DNA of 64,000 bases from an uncultured Chloroflexia bacterium (GTDB lineage Bacteria; Chloroflexota; Anaerolineae; CG2-30-64-16): NCBI GenBank assembly GCA_963774265.1, contig CAVZDU010000010.1, forward strand, positions 96,001 through 160,000. Reading direction: 5' to 3'. The notes beneath the pieces were generated by a model. The model was not told the origin of the DNA. It worked only from the letters and a program-made list of their open reading frames with translations, and made no database searches. Made by a program: the position numbers and the translations under genes. Of the stretch, positions 50,011-58,770 are shown one piece after another (the stretch's first letter is position 1; each line of letters starts with the position of its first letter).

Positions 50011-50646
50011 GTGTCTATGGCTCTACAATTGCATGGCGAAGGGCCCGTGCTGACCTCCGGCGAACCGTTGGCAACTGCCCGCGCGGCCATGATCATGCTG
50101 CACGGACGGGGCGCGACGGCAGAGAGCATCCTCGCGTTGGCTCCCATGTTCCACGCGGACGGCGTAGCCTACCTGGCCCCACAGGCAACCCACAGCACAT
50201 GGTATCCGCACCCGTTTACTGCTTCCCTGGAGCTCAATGAGCCCTGGCTGTCGTCTGCGTTGACACGCGTGGGGCAGTTGCTCACAATTGTGGCGGATGC
50301 CGCCATTCCAATGGAGCGCACCTATCTTCTCGGCTTCTCCCAGGGTGCCTGCCTGGTCTTGGAGTACGCTGCGCGACATGCGCAACGCTATGGCGGCATA
50401 ATAGGATTGAGTGGCGGGTTGATCGGTCCTGACGGCACGCCGCGCAACTATAGCGGTGGCATGGCAGGCGCTCCCGTCTTTCTTGGTTGCAGTGACGTTG
50501 ACTTTCATATCTCCAAGGATCGGGTTATTGAGTCGGCATCCGTCTTCCGCCGCCTCGGCGCCGATGTCACTCTACGGTTCTACCCCAACATGGGACATAC
50601 CGTGAACGATGACGAGATCGCTTTTGTGAAGGATATTCTGAAGTAG
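50011..50646 (+). CDS. phospholipase/carboxylesterase (alpha/beta hydrolase)
   Basis: LHGRG, GFSQG, SDVDFHI and MGHTV motifs. Confidence 0.88.
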   Translation: MSMALQLHGEGPVLTSGEPLATARAAMIMLHGRGATAESILALAPMFHADGVAYLAPQATHSTWYPHPFTASLELNEPWLSSALTRVGQLLTIVADAAIPMERTYLLGFSQGACLVLEYAARHAQRYGGIIGLSGGLIGPDGTPRNYSGGMAGAPVFLGCSDVDFHISKDRVIESASVFRRLGADVTLRFYPNMGHTVNDDEIAFVKDILK

Positions 50647-50703
50647 TAGCGAAAGCGGCGGTGGTTACTCGTCTGGAGGGCAATCCCCGATTATAATACC
50701 GTC

Positions 50704-53700
50704 ATGACGGTCAATTTGAGTTTGCTTGGTCGGCCGCGTGTATCTGGGGAAACGGCCGATTTGCCGGCGAAGGCCATCGCACTGCTAGGCTATCTGGCCA
50801 TCGCAGACGAAGCTCAACCTCGCGAGCGGATCTTGGGTCTCCTCTGGGGTGAGAGCACCGAGGAAGCAGCACGCAAGAACCTGCGCAACGCGTTGTGGGC
50901 CGTACGCAAAAGCGTGGGTGACACGGGGGTTGTGGCGGTAGGGGACCGGTTGGCGCTGGGACCCCGGTTTGAAGTCGATGTGCGCCGCCTCCTGGCGATG
51001 CAAACCTCCCTGGATCCCCGAACACTTCTTGAACTCTATACCGGTCCATATCTGGATGGCGTGCGATTGGCCGATGCACCGGAGTTTGAGCTCTGGCTGA
51101 CCGCTGCACGAGAACGCCTTTCACAAGTCTTTTTAGGACGCATCGTTGAGGGATTGAGCACGTTAGCGCAGGCAGGCGCATGGCGGGAAGTCGCCGACTT
51201 TGCTCGTTCGGCGCTAAGTCACGAACCACTTCAGGAGGAGCTTCACCGCTTGCTCATGGAAGCGCTGGCCAATCTAGGGGAGCGCGGCGGGGCAATCCGG
51301 CAGTTTGAGGCTCTGAGGGCAGCCCTCGCACTTGATCTCGAGGTGGAACCTTCTCCCGAGACACTGGCCTTGCGCGACGCTATTGCGGCGGGCCCGTTGC
51401 CTCGTTCCCCGGCGCCTCGGCCGCATGTGGACACCCGGCGACCCCGCGATCTGGCTCAGCCTCAACCACAAACCGGCCCGCCATTCGTTGGAAGGAAGGC
51501 CGAACGCGTCGGTTTAACTGACGAGCTGGCGGCCACCACACGGGGCCAGGCGCGCGTGGTCCTTATTACGGGCGAGCTAGGTATTGGGAAGTCGCGGCTG
51601 TGGCGTGAGTGGAGGGCAAAAGACGCTGGCGATTGCACGATTCTGGAAGCGCGCTGCGTCGAGGCGACCAGCAGTCTGCCATTTGCGCCGCTCGTCGAGC
51701 TGCTTTCCGATCATCCACGGACGCATGAACTTCTTCATATCCCAGGGTTGGTGCCTCCGGCTTGGGTGGCCGAGGTTGCGCGCCTGCTGCCGGAACTCCG
51801 TGATGCTCTCCCAACTCTGCCACCGCCCGCCGTTTTGCCGCCCGGGGAAGAGCGGCATCGGGTTTTCGAGGCCTTCGTGCAGGTGTTGTTGGCGCTGGAT
51901 GCGCGCCCGCTGTTGATCTTTCTTGATGATGTTCACTGGGCGGATCGGACGACGCTGGACTGGCTCCCTTACCTGGTCCACCGGATGCGCAATCGTCCGC
52001 TGTTGCTGGTGCTAACCTATCGCTCCGGGGAAGCGCCGTCAGTTCTGGTTCATCAGGTTGCTGCATGGGCGCGCGAGGGTGTGTTGCGGCGATTGCCACT
52101 CGCTCGCTTTGACCCTGACGAGACCGCGCAGTTGATCGGAGGCTTGGGCGTCGATTCAGCGCTGGCCCACCAATTACAGGCTAAGAGCGCAGGCAACCCC
52201 TATGTCCTGATTGAACTGAGCCAGAATGCAGATATCGCGACATCTGACGCAGTCCCTCCCGCGCTGGCAGACCTTGTGCGGTCGCGGGTTGAACGGTTAG
52301 GAGAGTCGGCGCGTGCCGTATTGCAGGCGGCGGCGGTATTGGAGCCGGAGTTTGACTTACCCCTACTCGCGCTTACGGTAGCCCGTGATGAAGAAGAGAT
52401 GCTGGATACGCTGGACATCCTGCTCGGATCCGGGGTGTTAATTGAGCGAGGCAAATGGTTCGCGTTCAATCATCCTTTGATTTCGAGTGTCGTGCGGGAA
52501 GAACTAAGCGCCGCGCGACGGGGCGTGTTGAACCGGCGCGCGGCTCAAGCTCTGGAGGTGATGTACGCCGGCAGGGTGGAACCGGTGGCGGGGTTGATCG
52601 CAAATCACTACGAACATGCAGGCGAAGCCACCTCAGCGGCCCACTATGCTGACTTAGCGGCGGAACACGCCTTGTCCCTGGCGGCGCCCGCAGAGGCGGT
52701 AGCGTTTCGACGGCGGGCGCTTTCGCTCGATCCAACCTCGCAACGACAGTTGGGTTTGGCCCAGGCGCTGTACCGTTCCGGCGCCCTTGCGGAGGCGCGC
52801 CAAGCCTACGCCGCAACCTTGGAGGACGCGGAGCGCAGCAGTGATGCCGCGACGGCCGCTCGCGCCTGCCTGGGCATGGGGGACACGTACTTGCTGACTG
52901 GCTGGGCCGACGAAGTTGTGCAGTGGGCCGAACGAAGCCTCCGATATCTGGATGCGGAGTCGGATCACGCTGCACATGCACACGCACTCTTTCTTCTCGG
53001 AGCCGGTCGGCTGCGGGCAGGTGGCAAGGATTTGGTGGAGGCCGAACGCAATTTGGACGATTCTGTGCAGCTAGCCGAGACCCATAACCTGCGCGATACG
53101 GCAGTCATCAGTCGCTTTGAGCTCGGCAATGTGTTGGCCGAACGCGGAGATCTGCATGCGGCGGTCGCGGCCTATCGCCAGGCCGCCGACCTGGCGCGCA
53201 CGGCAAGTGACCCTAACCAGCAGGTGCTGGCGCTGAACAACCTCGCCTACCACACCATGTTGCTGGGTGAGTATGAGGCGGCCCTCGGCCATATCGGCGC
53301 GGCGCTGGAACTGGCGGAGGCGTACGGTCTGCGTCTCATGTTGGAGTATCTGTTCAGCACGCGCGGTGAGATTGCGCTCGCCGAAGGGAAGTGGGATGAG
53401 GCCGAGGTGTGGATCGTACGGAGCCTGGATGTGGCTCGGGAACACAACAATGTGGCGCACGTGGCAAAATGCCAGGCCAATCTTGGGCTGATAGCGCGCG
53501 GTCGCGGGGATCTTGACACCGCGCTGCTCCAGCTGGAGGAGGCCGTGACACTCGCGGCCCCGTTGACAGCGCGCTATATGCAGACGCAGATTGACCTGTG
53601 GCTGGGTGAGGTCTACGAGGCCCGTGGTGAACGCGCAGCCGCGGTCGAGGCTGTAAGCCGGGCCGAAGATCGGCTGGCCAACAACCACTACGGCCGGCTC

Positions 53701-53748
53701 ATGCAGCAGGCAGCGGCGTTGCGTGCATTGCTAGGGGGGCGCAAATAG
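50704..53748 (+). CDS. SARP/BTAD + AAA ATPase + TPR transcriptional regulator
   Basis: N-terminal wHTH/BTAD (EFELWL, EPLQEELHRLLM), GELGIGKS, LDDVHWAD, GNP and a TPR tail. Confidence 0.88.
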   Translation: MTVNLSLLGRPRVSGETADLPAKAIALLGYLAIADEAQPRERILGLLWGESTEEAARKNLRNALWAVRKSVGDTGVVAVGDRLALGPRFEVDVRRLLAMQTSLDPRTLLELYTGPYLDGVRLADAPEFELWLTAARERLSQVFLGRIVEGLSTLAQAGAWREVADFARSALSHEPLQEELHRLLMEALANLGERGGAIRQFEALRAALALDLEVEPSPETLALRDAIAAGPLPRSPAPRPHVDTRRPRDLAQPQPQTGPPFVGRKAERVGLTDELAATTRGQARVVLITGELGIGKSRLWREWRAKDAGDCTILEARCVEATSSLPFAPLVELLSDHPRTHELLHIPGLVPPAWVAEVARLLPELRDALPTLPPPAVLPPGEERHRVFEAFVQVLLALDARPLLIFLDDVHWADRTTLDWLPYLVHRMRNRPLLLVLTYRSGEAPSVLVHQVAAWAREGVLRRLPLARFDPDETAQLIGGLGVDSALAHQLQAKSAGNPYVLIELSQNADIATSDAVPPALADLVRSRVERLGESARAVLQAAAVLEPEFDLPLLALTVARDEEEMLDTLDILLGSGVLIERGKWFAFNHPLISSVVREELSAARRGVLNRRAAQALEVMYAGRVEPVAGLIANHYEHAGEATSAAHYADLAAEHALSLAAPAEAVAFRRRALSLDPTSQRQLGLAQALYRSGALAEARQAYAATLEDAERSSDAATAARACLGMGDTYLLTGWADEVVQWAERSLRYLDAESDHAAHAHALFLLGAGRLRAGGKDLVEAERNLDDSVQLAETHNLRDTAVISRFELGNVLAERGDLHAAVAAYRQAADLARTASDPNQQVLALNNLAYHTMLLGEYEAALGHIGAALELAEAYGLRLMLEYLFSTRGEIALAEGKWDEAEVWIVRSLDVAREHNNVAHVAKCQANLGLIARGRGDLDTALLQLEEAVTLAAPLTARYMQTQIDLWLGEVYEARGERAAAVEAVSRAEDRLANNHYGRLMQQAAALRALLGGRK

Positions 53749-53775
53749 CGCCCCCGGTCGCTCAGAATCTGGGGA

Positions 53776-55491
53776 CTACTTCGGGTCCATCAGCACCGAT
53801 ACACTATTCCCGAGTCGATTGGCGACGTACACACGATTGGTCCCCGTGTCGATCGCCAGGCCGAAGGGATTATCGCCCACGCTGAATGTACTCAGCAATT
53901 GATTGGTCGCACCGTCGATGACGCTCACATTGTCGTTGTCAGAGTTGCTGACGAATACGCTCCCCGTTCCTGGATTTGCGGCGATGCCGCCGCGGCCATC
54001 CTCGCCTTGCGGCACATCTCGACCTGCGCTTCCCACAATTACCTCGGCCACAGCAGTCAGCCCTTCGCCGCCAGGCCGGTGGACAATCACCCGATCGTCC
54101 ACTTGCCCCTCAACATCACAAACCGTGTACAACCGGTTGAGGACCGGGTTGAAATCCAACTCGAACGGTTCGCACGTCCCGCTATACCCGGCAGACACGA
54201 TCCAACGCTCCGTGTAGGAGCTATCCAGCACAGTGATGGTCTTCGAGTCTCGACTGCTAACATAGGTGTGACCCAGGCTCGCGTTATAGGCCAGGCCCCA
54301 GGCGCCCACGGTGCGGCCCAGGTGCTGGCTCTTGACGACCGTGTCAGTGATGGGGTCAATGACCACGAGGCTATTCGTTCCATAGGTGATCAGATGGATG
54401 CGGTTGCCGGCGGTCTCGACCCAGGTCGGATTCGGGCCGACGGGGATCGTCTTGATTGGTTCCAAGGTAGTCGCGTCGAGCACCGTGACTGTCCCCATGC
54501 TCCAGCTCCCCACGTATACCTTGTTTCCTGGCGCGTAGTAAGCGATACCCCAGGGCTGGTCGGGCACGATCGTGCTGTTGACCACATCCAGGCTCGTGCC
54601 GTCCAGTTGATAGACGCGATCGTTGTCCCGACTTGCAACGTAGATCAGATGGCGGGCGCTATCCACGGCCACAGCCTGCGGATAACGCATTCCGGTGTCT
54701 CGTGGGGTGGCAGTCGGCGTCGGCGAGGGACCGTAAGTTGGCGATGGTGTTAGGGTCGGCGTCTGCGTCGGGGTCGCGGTTTTGGTCGGAGTTGGCGTGG
54801 GTGTACTGGTAGGCGTCGATGTAGCGGTAGGCGTAGGGGTGGGTGTCAGTGTCGGCTGGAATATGACAAGCGGAAGATAACGGCCGAAGCGGATCGCCTG
54901 AATCTGATATGTGGGGCAGTCGCAAGCCGCAAAACTGAGCGAGCGAACAAGCAGGAAATAAGGCCCACTAGTAGTCGGCCCCCAGGTTATTGTAGAACCG
55001 CAGTATTCCTGATCGACAGAACAAAGGACCCCATCTCGATCATCATTCGATTTGATTATATTTCCTAGCTGATCGTAAAGAATCATATAGGTGTCGATGT
55101 CACCCTTCAAATCAAAGGTCGACACCTCGTAGGTCTGCCCGGGATGCAGCCCATCGACGCGATACCAATCCACATTGCCGGCGAGATGAAACGAGTGTTG
55201 TTGCGCGGGAGCTCCCGGTATTAGCGGGCTGGCCTGTGGCTGCTCGTCGTCTGGCTCGTACGCATCCTCGCTGCAGGAGCAAGGGGTGGGCGACGGTGTC
55301 ACTGAGGGTGTCGGCGTGAGTGTGGGCGTGTCTTCTACCTGGAGAGCCGGCGCCGCAGCCGTGCTCTCGGGAACACCACCCCATAAAAAGCCTCCCGTCA
55401 CCAGAACGGCAGCCACGATGACGGTTGCCAGTATGACGCGTTTGAAGGCCTGTCCGGAATGTCGCGATTCATCGGTCTTGTTCTTCTCCAT
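53776..55491 (-). CDS. exported protein: PPC-like domain + Pro/Thr linker + YncE/YVTN beta-propeller
   Basis: N-terminal TM/signal, DAYEPDD, DWY, YLPLV, (TP)n and VSVIDGATN...VGDNPFGLAI repeats. Confidence 0.8.
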   Translation of the reverse strand: MEKNKTDESRHSGQAFKRVILATVIVAAVLVTGGFLWGGVPESTAAAPALQVEDTPTLTPTPSVTPSPTPCSCSEDAYEPDDEQPQASPLIPGAPAQQHSFHLAGNVDWYRVDGLHPGQTYEVSTFDLKGDIDTYMILYDQLGNIIKSNDDRDGVLCSVDQEYCGSTITWGPTTSGPYFLLVRSLSFAACDCPTYQIQAIRFGRYLPLVIFQPTLTPTPTPTATSTPTSTPTPTPTKTATPTQTPTLTPSPTYGPSPTPTATPRDTGMRYPQAVAVDSARHLIYVASRDNDRVYQLDGTSLDVVNSTIVPDQPWGIAYYAPGNKVYVGSWSMGTVTVLDATTLEPIKTIPVGPNPTWVETAGNRIHLITYGTNSLVVIDPITDTVVKSQHLGRTVGAWGLAYNASLGHTYVSSRDSKTITVLDSSYTERWIVSAGYSGTCEPFELDFNPVLNRLYTVCDVEGQVDDRVIVHRPGGEGLTAVAEVIVGSAGRDVPQGEDGRGGIAANPGTGSVFVSNSDNDNVSVIDGATNQLLSTFSVGDNPFGLAIDTGTNRVYVANRLGNSVSVLMDPK

Positions 55492-55520
55492 GGGCTGTCT
55501 CCTGCAGGCAACGTAATCAT

Positions 55521-55580
55521 ATCATACGACAAATTAATGATATTTGCAATCTTGACAGAGTGCGCGACTTGGGGTATGCT
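55521..55580. promoter_or_regulatory. divergent sigma70-type promoters
   Basis: Plus strand TTGACA-17-TATGCT (55552-55580); minus strand TTGCAA-17-TATGAT (55549-55521). Confidence 0.6.
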
Positions 55581-55635
55581 AGGCGTTGGACAACATGTTG
55601 ACATGCTCAGTACAAATACCCATGTGAGGGACTAT

Positions 55636-56913
55636 ATGGCTGCGAAAAGGCAACCGGTGGTCAGGTTCGGTTTGGCGTTGTTGTTGGGGTGCGTGCTTAT
55701 CCTCACGGCGCAAACCGGTCGGGTCTCGGCTGTGCCGAATGGCGACGGCACTGTCTATGTGGTTCAGGCGGGTGATCGTCTGGTCGATATCGCAGCGCGA
55801 TATGGCGTTACAGCCAGCGCCCTGGTGCAGGCCAACGATCTTGCCAACGCTGACACTATCTTTGTTGGGCAGCGCCTGATCATTCCAGGCAGCAGTGTGA
55901 GTGCGCCCACGCCGAGTGGAAGCACAAACGACACCTCTGGTACTGGGCAGAGTGCGACATACGCCGTGCGGCGCGGCGATACGTTGGCGGCAATTGCGCG
56001 GAAGTATGGCGTGAGTATGGCAGCCCTGCAGCGAGCCAATGATCTCAGCAACCCGAACATCATTTGGGTGGGTCAGAAGCTCGTGATCCCGGGCGCATCA
56101 GCCGTGGCCACCCAAACACCGACGCCCACCTCCCAGCCAACGGCGGCGTATTCCTTACCGTCACAGCCCACGATAGAGCCACCCGCAACGGTGCAGCCCA
56201 CGACCGAGCCACCTGCAACGGCACAGCCCACGGCGGTAACTCCTGCAACGGCGCCGCCGACGACGGAGACTCCCGCAACGGCCCAGCCCGCTGCGGTGAA
56301 GCCCCCAACAGCCCAGCCCACCCCAAAGCCGGCGAGCCCGAAGACCCACACTGTGCAAGCGGGCGAGACATTGTCGCAGATCGCTCGTCAGTATGGCGTG
56401 TCTGTAGACGCGTTGGTAGCAAGCAATGGCCTGGCCAGCGCTGACTTGATCCATGTGGGAATGCGTCTGGTGATCCCAGGCAAAGGTAGCAGCGGTACGA
56501 CAAGTACGGCTACTACGGCTATTACGGGTAAGGCGACGAAGTTCGTCGCAAGCATTTCCGAGCAGCGCTGTTGGCTCTATAACGGCACGACGGTTATCGC
56601 AAAATGGGTCTGCTCTACCGGCCGTCGGGGCGCGGGTACGAGGGTCGGCACATTCAGGATTCAATCCAAGATGGCTAAGGCTTACGGCTCGACCTGGAAT
56701 ATCTGGATGCCCTTCTGGCTTGGCATCTATTGGGCAGGGGGCAGTGAGAACGGCATTCACGGTCTGCCCTGGAACGCGAGTACCGGCGTGCAGATCTGGA
56801 GTGGGAACGTCGGCATGCCAATAACCTACGGTTGCATCATGTTGAACAACGTCAATGCCAAGACGCTGTATGATGTGGCGTATATCGGCATGCCGGTTGT
56901 GATACGTCCGTAA
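55636..56913 (+). CDS. LysM x3 + YkuD L,D-transpeptidase
   Basis: Signal peptide, three LysM motifs and NGIHG...TYGCI (His/Cys). Confidence 0.9.
   Translation: MAAKRQPVVRFGLALLLGCVLILTAQTGRVSAVPNGDGTVYVVQAGDRLVDIAARYGVTASALVQANDLANADTIFVGQRLIIPGSSVSAPTPSGSTNDTSGTGQSATYAVRRGDTLAAIARKYGVSMAALQRANDLSNPNIIWVGQKLVIPGASAVATQTPTPTSQPTAAYSLPSQPTIEPPATVQPTTEPPATAQPTAVTPATAPPTTETPATAQPAAVKPPTAQPTPKPASPKTHTVQAGETLSQIARQYGVSVDALVASNGLASADLIHVGMRLVIPGKGSSGTTSTATTAITGKATKFVASISEQRCWLYNGTTVIAKWVCSTGRRGAGTRVGTFRIQSKMAKAYGSTWNIWMPFWLGIYWAGGSENGIHGLPWNASTGVQIWSGNVGMPITYGCIMLNNVNAKTLYDVAYIGMPVVIRP
56158..56325 (+). repeat. intragenic ~30-bp repeats encoding a PATxQPT linker
   Basis: CCYGCAACGG recurs every 30 nt. 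Confidence 0.65.
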
Positions 56914-56935
56914 CAGGTTGTTGTTACGAAAAAGT

Positions 56936-56967
56936 GGGGTGTTGGCGTGCCAGCGCCCCTTTTTGTT
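56936..56967 (+). terminator. intrinsic terminator
   Basis: GGGGTGTTGG-cgtg-CCAGCGCCCC-TTTTTGTT. Confidence 0.75.
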
Positions 56968-56981
56968 GAAAGGCATCCATC

Positions 56982-57434
56982 GTGGCCACAATCCGAGGGT
57001 TCGAGCTACCAGACGACCTCTACTACGTGATCGACACGCACGTGTGGGCGCGTCGCCACCTGGACGGTGTGGTGCGCGTTGGGATGACGCCGGTTGCATA
57101 TCAGCTCTTGCGTCATTCCCTGGTCGCGATCAGCGTGAAGTCGAGTGTCCTGGGCAAAGAGGTGGCCAGGGGCAAGACCATCGCGATGGTGGAGAGCCTC
57201 AAGTATATTGGCCCCTTGCCAGCGCCATTCACGGGTGTGGTTATCCGGGCGAATCCGTTATTGGCCGACGATCCGTCGATCGCCGAGCAAGACCCTTACG
57301 GCGAGGGCTGGATTGTCGAGATGACAACCCCTGATTGGGCTGGGGCAGCGACAAACCTGGTCACCGGCGAAGCCGCGCTGCTTGCATACCGGGCGCTATT
57401 GGAATCGCAAGCCATAGACGCAAACAACCCCTAG
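56982..57434 (+). CDS. GcvH-like lipoyl carrier protein
   Basis: PDDLYY, HVWAR, VESLK (lipoyl Lys) and DPYGEGW motifs. Confidence 0.82.
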   Translation: MATIRGFELPDDLYYVIDTHVWARRHLDGVVRVGMTPVAYQLLRHSLVAISVKSSVLGKEVARGKTIAMVESLKYIGPLPAPFTGVVIRANPLLADDPSIAEQDPYGEGWIVEMTTPDWAGAATNLVTGEAALLAYRALLESQAIDANNP

Positions 57435-57817
57435 CCCCTCTTGTCCCGGAAGACCAGATCAAAGTCGAGTACATGTATGTCGAGTTCAGCCTCGTTCCGA
57501 GACAGCGCGAACGTCAGGTGATAACGCTCACCGGCGCGCGGCTCTTGGCGGAGGTGCAGGGTCAGCGATTGGTATGCCTCGCGCACCTCGACGATGAACA
57601 TACTGCTCACGACCTGGTTGTCAGAGTCGGTCAGCGTCAATTCCAAATTGGGAAACGCTGCGAAGGAACTGGTCTCCAATCGCACCCAAAGACGCCGCAG
57701 GTCCGGATAAGGCCAGACCTCGGCGCGCTGGATGACGGGAGGGTGCTCCTCGATTCGCGGAGGCGCATTGCCAAGCGAATCTTGCCAGATTTCTTCCGGA
57801 TCTTGCATCTGCGTCAT
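57431..57817 (-). CDS. hypothetical protein
   Basis: ATGA overlap with the DMT gene; plausible beta-rich sequence PYPDLRRLWV...TLHLR. Confidence 0.6.
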   Translation of the reverse strand: MTQMQDPEEIWQDSLGNAPPRIEEHPPVIQRAEVWPYPDLRRLWVRLETSSFAAFPNLELTLTDSDNQVVSSMFIVEVREAYQSLTLHLRQEPRAGERYHLTFALSRNEAELDIHVLDFDLVFRDKRG

Positions 57818-58770
57818 GGCTTGAGTCGCTGAACCGCTAAGACACTGGCCAGGACCAGCACCGAGCCAAGCACCAATAGCAGGGTCATGGGCTCGTGCAG
57901 GAAGGTCACTGACAGACTGGCCGAGATAACTGGAATGAAGAAGAGCACCAGGGCTGCCCGGGAAGCCGTGGTCCTGGCCAACAACTCCATCCACCACAGG
58001 TTTGCCAGCGCGCCCGTGCCAATGCCGAGAAGCACGATGGCCACCCAGGCTGAAAATGGCAGGTCAAGACGGAGGCCTTCGATCAGGGCAAGAGGCAACA
58101 AGAAGAGGGCGCCAACCACCGCCACGGCGGTGGTGACGGCTGCCGCCGGGTAGCGCTCGGAGAGGCTTTTGCCGCCGATACTGTAGACTGCCGCGAAAAC
58201 GGCGGCCACAACCATAAGCAGGTCACCGATCAAACCCGGTCCCCCGAGTGCCAGGTGTCCTGCGCCCTGGCTGACGAGTACGGAACCCGTGAATGCTGCC
58301 CCTAATGCCAGCCACTCGATGCGCGCCAGGCGCTCGCGCAGCAGCAAGGCGCCGATGAGCACCATGAAAACTGATGTCAGATTGGCCAGCACACCAGCAT
58401 TTGTGGCAGTCGTGTAGCGTAACGCGAGGTTCTCGAAGAAATAGAACAGGGTGATGCCGATCAGGGCAACCCATGCCACCGTTCGCCACCGTGCAGCCAG
58501 CAGTTCTTTCATTGTCTTGAGGCCGAGCGCCGGCGATTTGCGGCCAGCAACCGCCAACCATACAACCAGAAACAAGGCGGAGATTATCCACCGAAGAAAG
58601 GCGATGGCCGTGGGTCCGGTATAATTCAGCGCTGCCTTGGTGAGGGGGAAGCTGGCGCCCCACAGAGTGACCGTTCCCAATGCCATGACATAAGTGCCCA
58701 GCCTGGACCCTGTGCGGCGGGCAGGCGTTGCGGTGGCCGTTCGGGGCGCGTCGGCTGCGGGAACGCTCAT
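57814..58770 (-). CDS. DMT/EamA family transporter
   Basis: LWGASF, about 10 TM helices, LLRERL, GDLL and FLHEP motifs. Confidence 0.88.
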   Translation of the reverse strand: MSVPAADAPRTATATPARRTGSRLGTYVMALGTVTLWGASFPLTKAALNYTGPTAIAFLRWIISALFLVVWLAVAGRKSPALGLKTMKELLAARWRTVAWVALIGITLFYFFENLALRYTTATNAGVLANLTSVFMVLIGALLLRERLARIEWLALGAAFTGSVLVSQGAGHLALGGPGLIGDLLMVVAAVFAAVYSIGGKSLSERYPAAAVTTAVAVVGALFLLPLALIEGLRLDLPFSAWVAIVLLGIGTGALANLWWMELLARTTASRAALVLFFIPVISASLSVTFLHEPMTLLLVLGSVLVLASVLAVQRLKP

